Shown here in pieces: positions 28,301-41,455 of a stretch of 64,000 nt of DNA (positions within the stretch are counted from its first letter, which is position 1; each line of letters begins with the position of its first letter). Made by a program: the position numbers and the translations under genes. The DNA comes from Lama guanicoe (taxonomy: Eukaryota). Location: positions 2,168,011 through 2,232,010 of the forward strand of contig MU054117.1 in NCBI GenBank assembly GCA_013239625.1, in the 5' to 3' direction. The notes below the pieces were generated by a model. It was not told where the DNA came from. It saw nothing but the letters and a program-made list of their open reading frames with translations, and searched no databases.

Positions 28301-30478
28301 AGCTGGAGGGTCTGGAGAAAGGACGGAGCGACTGGTGGTATTAACCGATTAGTGCCCAGCACAACTTCCTGAGTGGAAGATTTCCAACCACTTCCACTCT
28401 CTTCCACCATTTTGATTACGTATTTTTGTTCTGCTCCCTTGGGAAGCAAAAGCAGGACAAGGGAGAGGGAAAGACGAGGACACTATGGTTCCTCTCAGAT
28501 TTTGACATGTGAGGCTGGATAGGAATCCAGATGATTCCTACAATCCCTGGATTCCCGGCGGGATCACCTGGGCAGGAGAGTTTGGGCTCTCTAAGCCACT
28601 TTGGGGGCCACGACAAAGTCCTTATCCAAGAAAAATGATCTTTCCTCAACCCTGCTTCCCCACACGGTCCCCTGAAGGGATGCAAAGAAAGTAGGGTTGT
28701 GAAGGAAAAGGAGGGAGACACCAAAGAGCATGAGGTGAAGAGCCACAGTTACCACCCCCACCCTGAAACGGAATAGGATAGTTCTGTTCCCCTGTTTGGG
28801 GAAAAAGTCACGTAGTGGTTTGGAAGAATGGTGCCCGTACTGAGCCATGGGGGAAAACTGACTTTCTGCTTTTCCTGCCACAGAAGGAAAAAACTGTGAA
28901 ACTGAATGAAGGGTAGATGGGCCATTGAGGAAGCTGGGAAGGAAAACCGCATCTTCTTGGGGCTTGAATCAAATGCTGTGGGTCCACCAAGGCAGATCAC
29001 CCTGGATCTTACCCTCTAAGAGCCCAAGGTTCTGGTCAAATCTACCCTGCAGGCTAATGTGTCCTGACTCAACTTCTCTAACTCTGCAGTAGATGTGAGG
29101 ATGAGTCTACATCAGATCTTCACAAGAATCCCTAGACCTAAAGCATGCCAAGGCTGCTCAAGATGAGGTTTTTGGCTCTTCTCCTTTCCAATCCCTCTCA
29201 CCCTCAGTTCCCTTAGCACCCCCATTGTGAGGGTCAGGTGCTGACTAGGGACCGATTTCCCATGAGCGGCTCTTCTGTCACCTGTCTAATCAGAGAAGGG
29301 AAGCTGACATGATCACAGCCTTCCCAATGAGGAGGAGAGAACATTCTCTCTCATTTATTCTTTCCATATCCATAGTTTATGAACATTGAGTGTAAAGAAA
29401 GAGCTTGAGGTCCCAGAGTTTCTCATTGGAGGTTAATGAGCATATTTCTCTCCGGACCTGACGTGAGATTCCAGTTACCCAAGGGGAAACAAGGTTTGCA
29501 GTCACCAGCCATAACAGAGATTTAACAGAAATTACATCCAAATACCAACTCCGTATGCCAACTGTCTCTCATCATTATTCCCTTTCCATGATTGCTAACA
29601 CCCTGCACAGAAATCCTCCTTGAGTCAGAGGGAAAAGCTGTAACCAGACTGGGTCCTGATGCTATAACGGAATCCTCCATGGGCTTGGTGGGTTGTCACC
29701 TTGCACCCCTCTGGGTCTATGGGGGATCAGAAGAAAGGTGCCCACTCAAGTCACAGCAGAAAAAGCTTCCCCAAATGAGCTGCTCTTGGCTTCGCCTCCC
29801 ACTGCATCAGTTAAAGAGCCAGCTTGTTCCCCTGGGAAATGCTTTCTCCCACTCTTCCTCTGTCTCCAGCCCCTTGCCTCTTCACATCATCCTGCCTTTC
29901 AGCCTTATCCTCTGCCTCCTGAATTCCCTCAGACCCCAGTTCTACTCTTCCTGGACCCTGCTCCTTTTAAAGCTCTTAATGTGTCTCTGCCAAGCTTCCG
30001 TCTTTTTCATATCTCACTCTCCATTCAAATAACTTTACTACCCAAACTCCTTTCCAGATTTTCCCTAACTTAAAAAGATTCTTCAGCTGTTCTCTTTTCT
30101 TCAGTTTAATCTTCGCCCCAACTTCCCCCCACATCTTGTCCCTTTTAAAACCTGCCGGCTTCTAATATACCCAGTCACTTAAACTCCATTTCTTTCCTCC
30201 TGTGCCCCCAGTGATGGTCTGGATACTGTTTTTGACCCAACATCCCCCAACCCCCCTCAAACACTGATATCATTCCCTCTTTTCCCCTAAATCTCCTTGA
30301 CACACTTCTGCCCCCAAGTATCTTGTCACCCCTCCACTTCACACTGCCCTAGTCCTTCAGACTCAGGTGCACCCGGCTTCCCCCCTCCCCTCCTCATGCC
30401 CATTCCTACCACCCTTCCTTCCACCCTTCCCTTCCCTTCCTACCACCACAGCGGCCCCCATCCCTCTTCCCCACTCAC

Positions 30479-31014
30479 TCAGGTCTCCTGCTCAGGACGC
30501 CCTTGCCGAGGGCAGCGGGGGATTTGTGCTGAAGGAGGGTTCCAGCAGCAGCGCAGCAACTCGGGGGACGCTCCTTCTCCTTGTCAGCGACGGCCCCGGG
30601 CGCCACCGGGTGCTGGTGGGGCGACTGGGGTGCGTGAGCCCTGCTGCTGGGGCCCGGCTGGGGCTGCGCCAGGAGCTGTCCGTGGTGCTGAAGCGGAGGC
30701 TGCTCGGGCGCGGGTTGCGGCGCGGAGGGCGGGAGCTGTCCGTGGTTCTGGAGCGGTTCCTGGGCCGCGGTGGCAGGGGCGGCCGGCAGCGGGGCTGGCG
30801 ACGGGGGGACGAGCCCGGGCGGAGGCTGGGTTTGCAGTAGCTGCTGGTGCTCCCACAGGCTGCGGTTCTCGGCGCTTAGCTCGTCCAGCCGCCGCTCCAG
30901 TTCGTCGATGCGCTGGCGCTGGGTGTGGATGAGGCTTTGCTGGTTCTGCACGATGGCCGTGAGCTCCTTGAGGTAGAGCACGGCACGCACGGGGTTTTCC
31001 AGCAGGCTCTCCAT
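30479..31014 (-). CDS. IQSEC3: IQSEC3 (BRAG3/SynArfGEF) coding exon 1, N-terminal coiled coil and Pro/Gln-rich region
   Basis: Translation [58 protein letters not shown]...[10 protein letters not shown](E) is the recognisable IQSEC3 N-terminus. ATG at 31014 in GGCGGCATGG context; donor GA|GTGAGT at 30478 (phase 2). Confidence 0.97.
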
Positions 31015-31420
31015 GCCGCCCGCCGCCGCCTGCGCCCTGCCTGCGCCTCGGCGGGCGGCGGGGAGCGCGAGGGCGCGCAGGAGCCGAGCAGCCCCGGCGA
31101 TCCGCTCGCCTCCTCCGCGGGCCCGGCCTCCCTCCCTGCGGCCGGCGCCGCGTCACCGCCACACAGACATTCACACACGCACGAGGGGCGGGGCCGCGGC
31201 GCCAGGGCCCACCCCCACCCCACCTCCCACCTCCCACCTCGAGACTTCGTGAGGAGTCTCGGCTTCCTGCAGGGCTGGCAGGGGAGGAGGAAAACGAGTG
31301 AGAGATTGGGCAGAGGAGCAGGATACAGAAAGGGACCCGGGATGGACGAGGTAAATCTGGCGTGAGAGAGAAAGCCCGCGAGGCGGAAACCGCAGCACAG
31401 GGAAAGTGCGGTGGGACCCG
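30500..31420 (-). promoter_or_regulatory. CpG island / promoter of IQSEC3
   Basis: Very GC- and CpG-rich sequence covering exon 1 and its upstream region; GC box GGGGCGGGGC at about 31185-31194. Confidence 0.85.
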
Positions 31421-33309
31421 AAGGAGAAGTGAAGCTAATAAGGAAAGAGGAGGAGAAGAGGGAGCGGCTGGGAGAACGAGGAAGCAGAGAAAGGGAAGGT
31501 GGCGAAAGGGGAGAGAAATGTATTAAAAAGAGGAAATCTGAAAAGTCGCGAGTTCTTTCTCCCATGTCCAGTCATCCCAGAGGCCCAGGTCCTGCTTAAA
31601 GACCTTCTGTTGAGAGGCCACGCTTTCCTCTTGTGTTCCGTCTGGTGGGGGAGTCCCTGGAACACGAGGACCCCAGGACAGTAAGGGACCCCAGAGAACA
31701 TCCGGTCCTACACCTTCTTCAGCCAAGAGGAAACTTCGGGTGGGAGGCTACTTTTGCTGGGATTTCTCCGGGAATGAGACCTCGGGACAGTTTTGGCCAC
31801 TCTAATAGGAACATAAACTAAAACAATCAGGCCCTCTGTGTCATGGGCTAATGCTTCCGGAAACTTCTGAAGAGATCGTTCTGTTTGTAAAACATTTATA
31901 AAATGCATATGGGCTAGATGTAAGATGAGGATGACTAGAACGGAATCTTCGGCTTCTTGAAGCCTATAATTAAGTAGGTGACACAGGTGATAAATATTAA
32001 ATTTCCGTGTACATCGGTGGTTATAAGTGGTGACATAGAGACGTGCCCAGAATGCTATCGGAGCACAGCAGCTTGGGGATTTGGGGAGCTCACTGGAGGA
32101 AATACACTTGATGTGGGAAGGGTTTTCCAGAAAGGGGGAAGCGCATAAGCAAAAGCTCAGATGAATCGGCATGGACTCAATCATTCATTCATTTCTACAG
32201 TGAATGTACATAAAACACTCCAAGTGCTAAGTAATGAACCAGGAACTGTGCAGACTACCCCTAGCATGGATCATAAGATATAGTTTCTATAATCAAGGAG
32301 ATTACAGTCTAGTAGAGAAGACATGGCCTGTACATGAATAACTAAAATACAAATCAAAATTTCTGTAAGAGCTCTTCAAGCCAAGTGCCATGGGAGTTCG
32401 GGGAAGGGAGACGCTGTGTTTGACTCTGGTGATCTGATAAGGAGGAGGTGTTATTCAGGCTGGACCTTGAAGGCTGGGAGGTGTTTCAACAAGTAGACAG
32501 AACAGGAAGACGGGGAAGATGTGTCAGACAGCAGGAAAGGACTAGGCATGAAGCGAGTGCTTCGGTTCAGTCCAGTTGGGCAGAAAATGACCCTTTCCTC
32601 TGGGCTATGAATGCTCCTACCCTGTCTGTTGTGCCGTTCCGTTTCCCACCCAGGTGTTCCACAAGCCTCCACGTCTACCTGCCGTTCCCCCAGCGAAGCG
32701 TATCTGTTGATACTTCGTGTCCAGGGAGCTGGGCCAGCCAAGCCCACCTTGTGCCAGATTTGAAGAAACTTCTGTGGAGGGGTCTGTGCTCTGCAGACAT
32801 ATTGATTTCTCCACATTTGTTTTTATTTGCTTTCCTCCCATTTATTTTCCTAGCAAAATTCTCTTGTAAAGAATGAGTGAAGGAAGCTTATTCACAGCTG
32901 AGCCAACAGTTGGGAGGACAGAGTACTCGGGATGAGACTTTGGTAGTGATCAGTATTCTAGCTAAAGAACGGAGGCTGTGGGTGGGACAAGGACACACAC
33001 AGACTTAAACAGTTTTTAAAAAAAATTTTTTTTATTGAAGTATAGTCACTTACAATGTGTCAGTTTCTGGTGTACAGCACAATGTAAGACTTAAACACTT
33101 TTCTTCTGAATTTTCTTTGCTTGTCCAGTTAATTTATTGTCTGAGTTGGGTATTCATAGAGACCAGTACTATTTCTATAAGTGAAGCAGCCTGCAGCATA
33201 ATTATCTACGGGGGCTTGTTTAAAATGCAGGTTTCTAAGCCCTATATTAGTCCTGCTGTGTTGGAATCACTAGGAATGGGGCCCAAGTGTTTTCATTTGT
33301 TGTTTCCTT

Positions 33310-35895
33310 TCATTTTTTAAAAACTCAGCTTTATTGAGTTACAACTCATGTGTAATAATATGCACCCACTTTGAGTGCACAGTTCAATGAATTTTGATGA
33401 ACATAGACACCCGTGTAATCCAAATTTCCATCACTGCAAAAAATGAGCTTACTACCTCATGCCCCCCTGCAGTCAGTTGCTGTCAGCCACATCCCCGGTC
33501 AACCACTGATCTGCTTTCTGTCAAGACAGATTAGTTTTGCCTGTTTTAGAGTTTCATATAAATGGCAATCGTAAATACTCCATTGTGTCTTTTTTTGTAT
33601 GTGCAGCATAATCTTTTTGAGATTCGTCTATTCTGTTATAGGTATCAATAGTTTGTTCCTTTTTGCTTCTGAGTAGTCTTCTGTGATACAAATGTATCAT
33701 AATTCATCTTCTCACCTGTTAATGGACCTTTTGGGTGTTTCCAGGTTTTGGTTATTTTGCATAAAGCTGTCCTGATCATTAAGGGACAAATCTTCGTGTG
33801 GACGTATGTTTTCATGCATTTTATGTTACGCGTGTTTTATCAGAAGGAAAAAAATCTAGACTTGAAATTGCCAAGTTGTATACTAAGTATATATATATGT
33901 GTGTGTGTGTGTGTGTATACTTAGTTACAAACTGTCAAATTGTTTTCCAAAGTGGCTGTACTATTTTTTTTTATTCTCACCAGCAATGTGTGAGCAGTTC
34001 AGAAGTTTCACATCCTTGCTAACACTTGGTATTTTTAGGCTTTTTTGATTTTATCAGTTTGAGTGAGTAGGGGTATATTTATGGCTTTAATAAGTATTTC
34101 TCTGATGGCTAATGCTGTTCACTATCTTCTCATGTGCTTATTGGCCATTTGTATATATTCTTTGCCCACTGTTTCTAGTGAATTGTTTGTCTTATTATTG
34201 AGTTGTAAGAGTTCTTCATTTATTCTGGAAAATAGTCTTGACCAGATGTATGTATTGCAAATATTTCCTCCAGTCTGCGGCTTACCTTTTTGTTTTCTTA
34301 ATGTTGTCTTTTGATGAGCAAAGGTTTTTATTTTGATGAAGAAAAGTTCATCAATTTTTTCTTTTATAGTTCATGTTTTTGTGTCCTATCTAAAAATGCT
34401 TTGCCTGTCCCAAAGCCAAAAACATATTCTCCTATGTTTTCTTCTAGAGGTTTTATTATTTATGCTTTTACGTTTAGGCCTATGATCCATTTGGAGTTAA
34501 TTTTTATGTTTGGTATGATGACTTAAATTTCATTTCTTCCTTAAATGTTTGACAGTTCACCACTGAAGCCATCCCAGCCTGGAGGTCTCTTTGTGGGAAG
34601 AATTTTAACTACAGACTCAAGTTCTTTAGTAGATATGGAGCTATTCAAAGATTCTGTTTCTTTGTGTATCCATTTTGGTGATTTGTGACTCTGGTAGGGA
34701 GAATGACCTCCCAAAGATGTCTTTGTCTTAATCCCAAACCTGTGTGTGTTAACTTACATGGCAAAAGCAACTGTAAATATGTGATTAAGTTAAGGATCTT
34801 GAACTGGGAAGATTATGCTGGATTATCTGATGGGTCCGGTGTAATTACAAGAGTCTTTATAAGAGGGAGGTAGGAGTGTCAGAAAGGAGATGTGGCAACA
34901 GAAGCAGAGGTCACAGTGAGGCAATTGCTACCTGGAAACCAGAAGCCAAGGGATGCAGGTATATAGAAGCCAGAAAAGGGACGGAAACAGATTCTCTTCC
35001 AGAGCCTCCAGAAGGAATACCATGCTGCCGAGACCTTGGTTTTAGCCAGGTGAAATGCATTTTGGACTTCTAGCTTCTGAAACTCTAAGGAGGATGATAA
35101 ATTTGTGTTGTTAAGTTACTGTGTTTGTGGTAATCTAACAACAACAATAGGAAATAGATACAATTGTCTTTTAAGAATGTGTCCATCTGGAGAGTCAAAC
35201 TTGTTGGCATGAAATTGTTGATGATATTTTCCTATCAGCCTTTTAATGTGTGTAGGCTGTGTGTTGAATCTCCTCTTTCATTCTTGATGGTGGTGATTTG
35301 GACTTTTCTTCTCCTCCTCCTTCTTCCTCTTCCTTTTTTTCCTCCTCCTTTCTTCTAAAGCAGTCTGGCTAAATATTTACCCATTTTTATTATATTTTCA
35401 AATAACTGGTTTTTAGTATCCTTGATTTTTCTCTATTGCTTGTCCACTTTCTACTTCATTGATTTCCTCTCTTACCTTATTTTTCCTGATTCTGCCTACT
35501 TGTGTTTCCACTTGTTCAACTTTTACTAGATACTTAAGATGGAATTCTTAAGATAGATTATTGACTTTGGACCTTTCTTCTTTTTTAACATAAGCACTTA
35601 CAGCTCTAAGATCCCCTACGGCACTGTTTTTGTTGCGTCTGACAAATTTTGTTTTCATTTTCACTCAGTGCAAAATATTTTGTAATTTCTCGTTACCTCC
35701 AGATCCTTCTATTATTGATTTATAATTTGACTCCTTTGTGGTCAGAGAACATACTCTGTGTGAGTTCAATCTTTTTAAATTTATTGACACTTTGGGGGCT
35801 TTTACATGGCCCAGTTTGCCGGCTGTTCTGGTGAATGTCCCATGTGCGGTTGTCTGGTAGCCATTCCAGCGCCTCATTTTTATGGTTTGCATGTG
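33310..35895 (-). mobile_element. Mosaic of old antisense L1 fragments
   Basis: T-rich sequence with TTTCCAAAGTGGCTGTAC, TTCTCATGTGCTTATTGGCCATTTGTATAT and TTGTGGTCAGAGAACATACTCTG motifs. Confidence 0.85.
34686..35163 (+). mobile_element. MaLR (MLT1-type) LTR nested in L1
   Basis: TGTTAACTTACATGGCAAAAG...GTGATTAAGTTAAGGATCTTGA...CAGATTCTCTTCCAGAGCCTCCAGAAGGAA...AACAATAGGAAATAGATACA. Confidence 0.85.
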
Positions 35896-37878
35896 TGGTA
35901 GGCAGAATCATGGCTCCCCCAAATGTCCACATCCTATCCTGGGAGCCTGGGAATAAGTTACCTTCTATGGCGAAAGGGACTTTGCAGATCCAGCCCTCGG
36001 CCTCTGGGCTCCGCACACAGCAGAACTCAGCTCACACGTGCTTCCTGTGTATTCTGTTGTCAGGACTATAAATAAATCAGGTTCTCAGCTCTCAGGAAAG
36101 TAAGCAAGCACGGCCTCTCCTTGTGGCCTCTTGGATCTGTTTTCATGAGTGTTTGCCTTATTGTTATATAATAATGCTGAGGCTAATCCTAGCCAGTATT
36201 TGTAGTTCGCTCTCGGGGCCTGGGTTTCCCTCACTGTAAAATGGGAATAATCACTGAATGCACATCATAGGTTGGAAGGATATTGGAAGGATCAATAAAT
36301 AGTGCAGATAGTGTCCAATCACACATATTCATTGTACTTGATTCTCAGTGAGTGGTAAACAAGACATACATTTTTCACATGTGGCAAATGAGGCTCAGAG
36401 AGGGTGAGTAGCTTTCCTGATGTTACACAGCCAATAACAGCAGAACCAGGACTGGAACCCAGGTCTCCTATTCTAAGTCCCTCCTCCTGTTCCTCTGCAT
36501 CACATATTAGGATGTCCGATGTGGAGAGAGCACTTTCGGGGTGGTCAGCAATAACCTTTTATTTGCATGTGTGCTTAAGTGATGCAAAGCATCAAAGCAC
36601 CAGACCTGACCCATGTCTGGCACAGAGCACATGTCCAGTAAAATCAGCTTCATTTTAATAAAGCGAATATAAATAAGGTGATACAGGTAGTCGTGCTATA
36701 CCACGTACAAGCAAAGTACTTTCACAGACACACAGTCTTGTTTCGTCCTTAAAAAATTTCACCTTCTCTGAGTGTTCCCACTGCCACCTGTGAATGGATC
36801 GGTCGTGGTGTCCCCTGAGCTCACACCTGTGAATGTTCTGTATGAAAAGGAAAGTGGTTAACAAATTGTTTGAGGACTAAGTCCAGATCCAAACAGAACC
36901 TGTGGGCCCTGCTGAAGGTGGAAACAGACCTCCCCCATTGTTCCACAATCTCCACCCCAGTAAGTGGTCTGCCTTGAATCTGGAGGTCATGAGCCTCCCC
37001 GACATCTTGAGATACTCTAGAAAGCCCTGTTTGAGAAGGGCGGGGAGAGAATTCTCCTCCCCCTTCGAGGGGCTGCTGTGGGGCATCATTGAGAAGCTTT
37101 GAGCTGGAGCCACAGGTCTGAGAAACCCTGGTTTCTGGTTCCTCTGTCCTCTCTGCCCTGGACTAGACCACGAGCAGGGACCAGGTCTGCTCTTCCCTAG
37201 AACTCAGGGGTCCCGCAGTGGAGTTGGGGTGGAGGTGGAGTCACTGGATCAAGAAGAAAGAAGGACCTGGGAGCCCACCGACCCTAGGACCCCCTCCCAC
37301 CCAGACGCAAGCATCCCACCGCGTCATCCCTGATCACCAGGGTCTGCCCCAGATTTCCCTGGACAAACAAGTCCCTGCATCTCAAGATGTTTATCCAATT
37401 TCAGAACGACCCCATGGCTAGGAAGATTTTTCTTATGCTGAACCATGGTCTGCCTTCCTTGACCTTTCTTTCATGAGTCGAGTTCAGCCCTCTGAAGTCT
37501 CATTACACCAGTCAACCCCTCACCCCTCCCAGCTCTGCCTTCCTGGGAGGAGAGGAGGAGGTGAGACAGAGAGAGGAGGAGGAAGCCACTTCCAGCCGCC
37601 TGAGCTTTCCTACACAGCGTCGTCTCCCCAGAAGCTGCGGGTGTCACATTTGACAAATTGTTTTAAAATATTCTCTTTTTCTGATCGCTGACAGCTCTTC
37701 CTCACCCCCACCCACAGAAACTGCTCTGAGAATGCCCAGGAAGTGGGATGCAGTTACAGCACACCACCCCCTGGGACTTTTCCAGTTTGAATGGCAGTAT
37801 TTAGTAGTTTTCACATTTTTATTATTTTAAATAATTTTTTCAGAAGCATTCTTATCAAATAGACTTTTGCATGGAACT

Positions 37879-37923
37879 TGGATGGATGGATGGATGGATG
37901 GATAGGTAGGTAGGTAGGTAGAT
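37879..37923. repeat. Compound (GGAT)n(AGGT)n microsatellite
   Basis: Directly visible. Confidence 0.9.
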
Positions 37924-38147
37924 AAAATGGGAATGGTGTGGTTCTGTAAGTGTACTCTGGAACCAGAGTACAAGGTTCAAATCCTTGCTGTGTGACCCTG
38001 AGCAAATCAGTTGACCATTCAGCTCCTAAATTTCCTCACCTGAAAATGGGCAAAATGGTTAAAACCCATCTTATAAGAATATTGTGACTGCTAAATGAGT
38101 TATCGCATCTAAAGCCTTAAGATAAGCCCTGGAGCAGTGAATGTCTG

Positions 38148-38242
38148 CGATGTTGATGGTGACGATGGTGATGATGGTGGTGGGGAGGGTGGGGGTGATG
38201 GTGGTGGGGGTGATGGTGGCGGTGGTTATGATGATGACGATG
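38148..38242. repeat. Degenerate (GAT/GGT)n trinucleotide tract
   Basis: Directly visible; gives spurious poly-His and poly-Val/Met ORFs. Confidence 0.85.
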
Positions 38243-38254
38243 TCCAGCTGTTGT

Positions 38255-38680
38255 GAATGGAGGAACAAACCGTGGGTATCCACGCAGTGGAATTCCCGCA
38301 GTGAAATTCTGCTTGTCAACAAAAAGAAACAAACTGCAGCTCCGTGTAGCAAAACGGATGAATCTGAAAAACATTACGCTTAGTGAAAGAAATCAGATAT
38401 AAAAGAGTACATATGCGTAACTCAATTTACATGACATGCTAGAACAGGCAAAACTAATCTTTATGATAGAAATCAGATCAGTGGCTGCCTGGAGCAGGGA
38501 GGCTGGTGAATTGACTGTGAAGGGGTGGGGATGGGGGCACGGGTTTGTTGGGGGCGGGCTGCTCTGTACCTTGATTATGGTGATGGTTATGTGACGACAC
38601 GTCAGAACTCTCAGAACTGCACACGAAAGTGTGTGAATTTCACTGCATGCAATTTATACCTTAACTTTTAAAGAACAAAT
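38255..38680 (+). mobile_element. Old L1 3' UTR fragment
   Basis: GGATGAATCTGAAAAACATTACGCTTAGTGAAAGAA; AGGCAAAACTAATC..TGATAGAAATCAGATCAGTGGCTGCC. Confidence 0.75.
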
Positions 38681-38792
38681 CTTTAATGGAAGGCATGAGT
38701 AGAGATAAGATTCACTAAGTGAAGAGGACGGAGTGAGAAGAGAGTGGTGGCGGGTCGGAGGGTGGTGCTGGTCATCTTACCAGGAGGTAAGG

Positions 38793-39205
38793 TGTTCCCG
38801 AGCCAGACTTGGGTCCACTTGCCCACGCGCCGTAAAGCCGAGCTACCGCCCCCGGGTGGCGGGGAAGGAAAGTGCAGCACTCACTGCAGGCTCTAAGCAA
38901 GGAGTCCAGGTAGCTTGTGCTCAAAAGACTGAACTCCCCAGAGGCTTTCAGGGAAAGGTTTTCAAAGACAGGATGGGGGTGGTGTGGGGTGTGTGATCAG
39001 CTCATGGACGTCCTTTTGACTGGGTGGTGGTGACGTCATCAGGAGTCAGTGTCATCAACCTTCTGGTTCCAACTGGTCTGGCTTCTCGGAGCTTGTGGGC
39101 AGCATGCGGTTAACTTCTTCCACCTGGTGGGGGTTTTAGTATCTGCAAAACAGCTCAAAGCATATGGATCAGAGTATTATCTATCGCCCTTAAGGAAGAA
39201 CTACA
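38793..39205 (-). mobile_element. ERV1-type LTR fragment
   Basis: Starts TGTTCCCGAGCC; AAGCAAGGAG..AGCTTGTGCTCAAAAGACTGAACTCCCC..GGCTTTCAGGGAAAGGTTTT; GTTAACTTCTTCCACCTGGTGGGGGTTTTAGTATCTGCAAAACAGCTC. Confidence 0.72.
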
Positions 39206-40289
39206 GCCCACGTTCCACCCGACACCCCTCCACACAGACCCCTTTCACGCTTCCGTAGCTTAGCCCACACCACCTCCTCCATCTTGGTCTTCACCCCACT
39301 TTGCTGTTACAGTTCTGTTTGACAACAGCCTCTGAAAATCCTCAACCTCCCCATCTTCCTCTTTGTTCCCATAGTGCATTTTTATATACCTCTCTTTGGC
39401 ATTTTTCATTCAGCTTGAATAAAGGTTAATTCAAATGTCAGTTTCTCCCAGTTGCCTTGAGTTTTGAGCATATATCTAACCCATCTTTGTTTAATTCTGC
39501 AACTAAAGGCAGTGCCTGGCACAGTGGAATTACAAGGGAAATACTCACGTGATTCAGCCAAATCCTCCAACTTCCCTGTGGGGTGAGTAGTATTACTTGC
39601 ATTTTGCACACAAGGAAAGTGGGGCTAAGAGAGGTTAGCTGACTTTCCCAGGGTCACAAGCTTGGTTAGGAGTGGAATAGAACAGGTCACTTGGTTTTCC
39701 CACACTGCGGTCCTGACCTCTGGCTGTGCCTGGTCTCTGGAGTGTGGACCCAAGGACGGACTCCTCAGTCGCTGGCTTGGCCAGAGGGAGGTCTGAGCAA
39801 GGTGCTTCCAGGCATGGAATCACCCCGGGCTCTGCCCACCTTCTCCACAGAGCCAGTCAAGATGCCCACAGCCTGCAGCCGGCTCTGCGGTGTGTGTGGA
39901 GGGGTCAGGGGTGTTGCCCTGGCAGAGCCCAGGCTTGGAGAAGAGGCAAGTAATCAGGAAGACGGGAACAGGAGAGGGAGCAGCTGGGAGGCGAGAAATG
40001 CGGAAACCGAGGCAGAGAGGCCGGAGCTCTACCACTGAGCTGTACCCCCCCCCCAGCTTCACAAGGTTCTAACAGAAGACCCTCGAGTCATGCTTCCTGT
40101 TTCTCCTCTGGATGGCTCACCTCTGTTCCACGTGCTTGGAGGCCGTTTCTTCATTTTCACATCTTTTGCCGGGTGGGAAGGCTGAGCGCTCTCAGAATCA
40201 TCAAGTCCTGATTCTCTTTCCATGGCTTTTTGTGTTGTTTCGATCTTTCCATTCTACTTTATTTAGCATAATTCAGCATTTTATTTCAT

Positions 40290-40550
40290 TAAAAATTTTT
40301 TTGTATATTTATATTTATTGACATACAGTCAGTTTACAACGCCGTGTCAATTTCTGGTGCACAGCACAGTGCTTCAGTCATACATGAACATACATGTATT
40401 CATTCTCATGTTCTTTTTCACCACAAGTTACTACAAGATATTGAGTATAGTTCCCTGTGCTATATACTATGATCTTGTTGTTTATCTGTTTTATATACAC
40501 TAGTGTGTATCTGCAAATATCGAACTCCCAATTTATCCCTTCCCATCCCC
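40290..40550 (-). mobile_element. Cetartiodactyl-type L1 3' end
   Basis: TATAGTTCCCTGTGCTATA...CTTGTTGTTTATCTGTTTTATATAC...AACTCCCAATTTATCCC. Confidence 0.8.
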
Positions 40551-40959
40551 AACACTTGGCTCTTGATTGTGCTAGAAGGTGCAGAACTGAGGGCCGTGAT
40601 CCCACTGGCAGTGTTCTAGCAAATGTCGGAGCAGACAGACTTGGCGTGCAGGGCAGGCTGAAGAAAAGGCAGGCGGCTCCCACGGTAGCCCCGTGTGGAC
40701 AGCTGCTGGGGACGTGTTATCCATCTACAGCTGGAATTTGGAAGAGGTTAAGTAAACAGTGGGCTGGCCCCATTGATCACATTCTTAACATTGCCAGGTC
40801 AAGTTTCTCTGCCCCCTCCCAGCTCCCACTCCCCTCTCCCCTCCTACCCCCAGCCCCACCATCAAGAGACCTTTGGCCCTACCCTGGAGAGCCTCTGCTC
40901 TGCCTTGCTAATTCTTCTCTTCCACATGGACCAGAGTTAGGTCCCTCTTACCACTCTAG

Positions 40960-41455
40960 GGAAGAGCTGTCCAGTAGATACACACGGTGTGAGCAACAGG
41001 TGTGATGTTTAAGTTTCTAGTCATCACATTTTAAAAATAAAAAAATTAATTTCAATGATATGTTTATTTAACCCAACATATCCCAAATATTATCATTTCA
41101 ACATGTAATCATATAAACATTTATCAATGAGGTACCTGAAAAAAGTTCTTTTTTTCCGAGTCCTAGAAGTATATTGCTGTATTTTACACTTAACCATATT
41201 TCAATTTGGATGCTAAATTTTTATTGGAAATGTGTGGCCTGTATCTAGATTTCACAAAACTCACGTTAAAAAAGTAAATTTACATACTCAAGTTGTCTCA
41301 CACACTTCTGTTTTTCCAGTAACTGAATGGAGTATCAATTTTCAAACTAAGTTTTAGTTAAAATTAAGCACATTAATAGTTTGATTCCTCAGTTGCACAC
41401 AGAAGCCTAGTTTCCAGTGTCCAATCCCCACTCATGACTAATGGCTACCAGAGTG
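40960..41455. mobile_element. hAT-Charlie family element (MER33/Charlie1-like)
   Basis: GCTGTCCAGTAGA; TTTATTTAACCCAACATATCCCAAATATTATCATTTCAACATGTAATC; GTGTCCAATCCCCACTCATGACTAATGGCTACC. Confidence 0.75.

Larger units (their letters stand above)
1..31200 (-). other. IQSEC3: IQSEC3 gene span in window (intron 1 about 22.7 kb; intron 2 runs off the left edge)
   Basis: Exons 1 and 2 located. No exon 3 peptide (DGSC..GGGMEDSVV) seen in the window. Transcription start approximate. Confidence 0.85.

Noticed and set aside
38071..38383. Poly-His and poly-Thr ORFs
   Set aside because: Translation of a degenerate trinucleotide repeat joined to L1 sequence.
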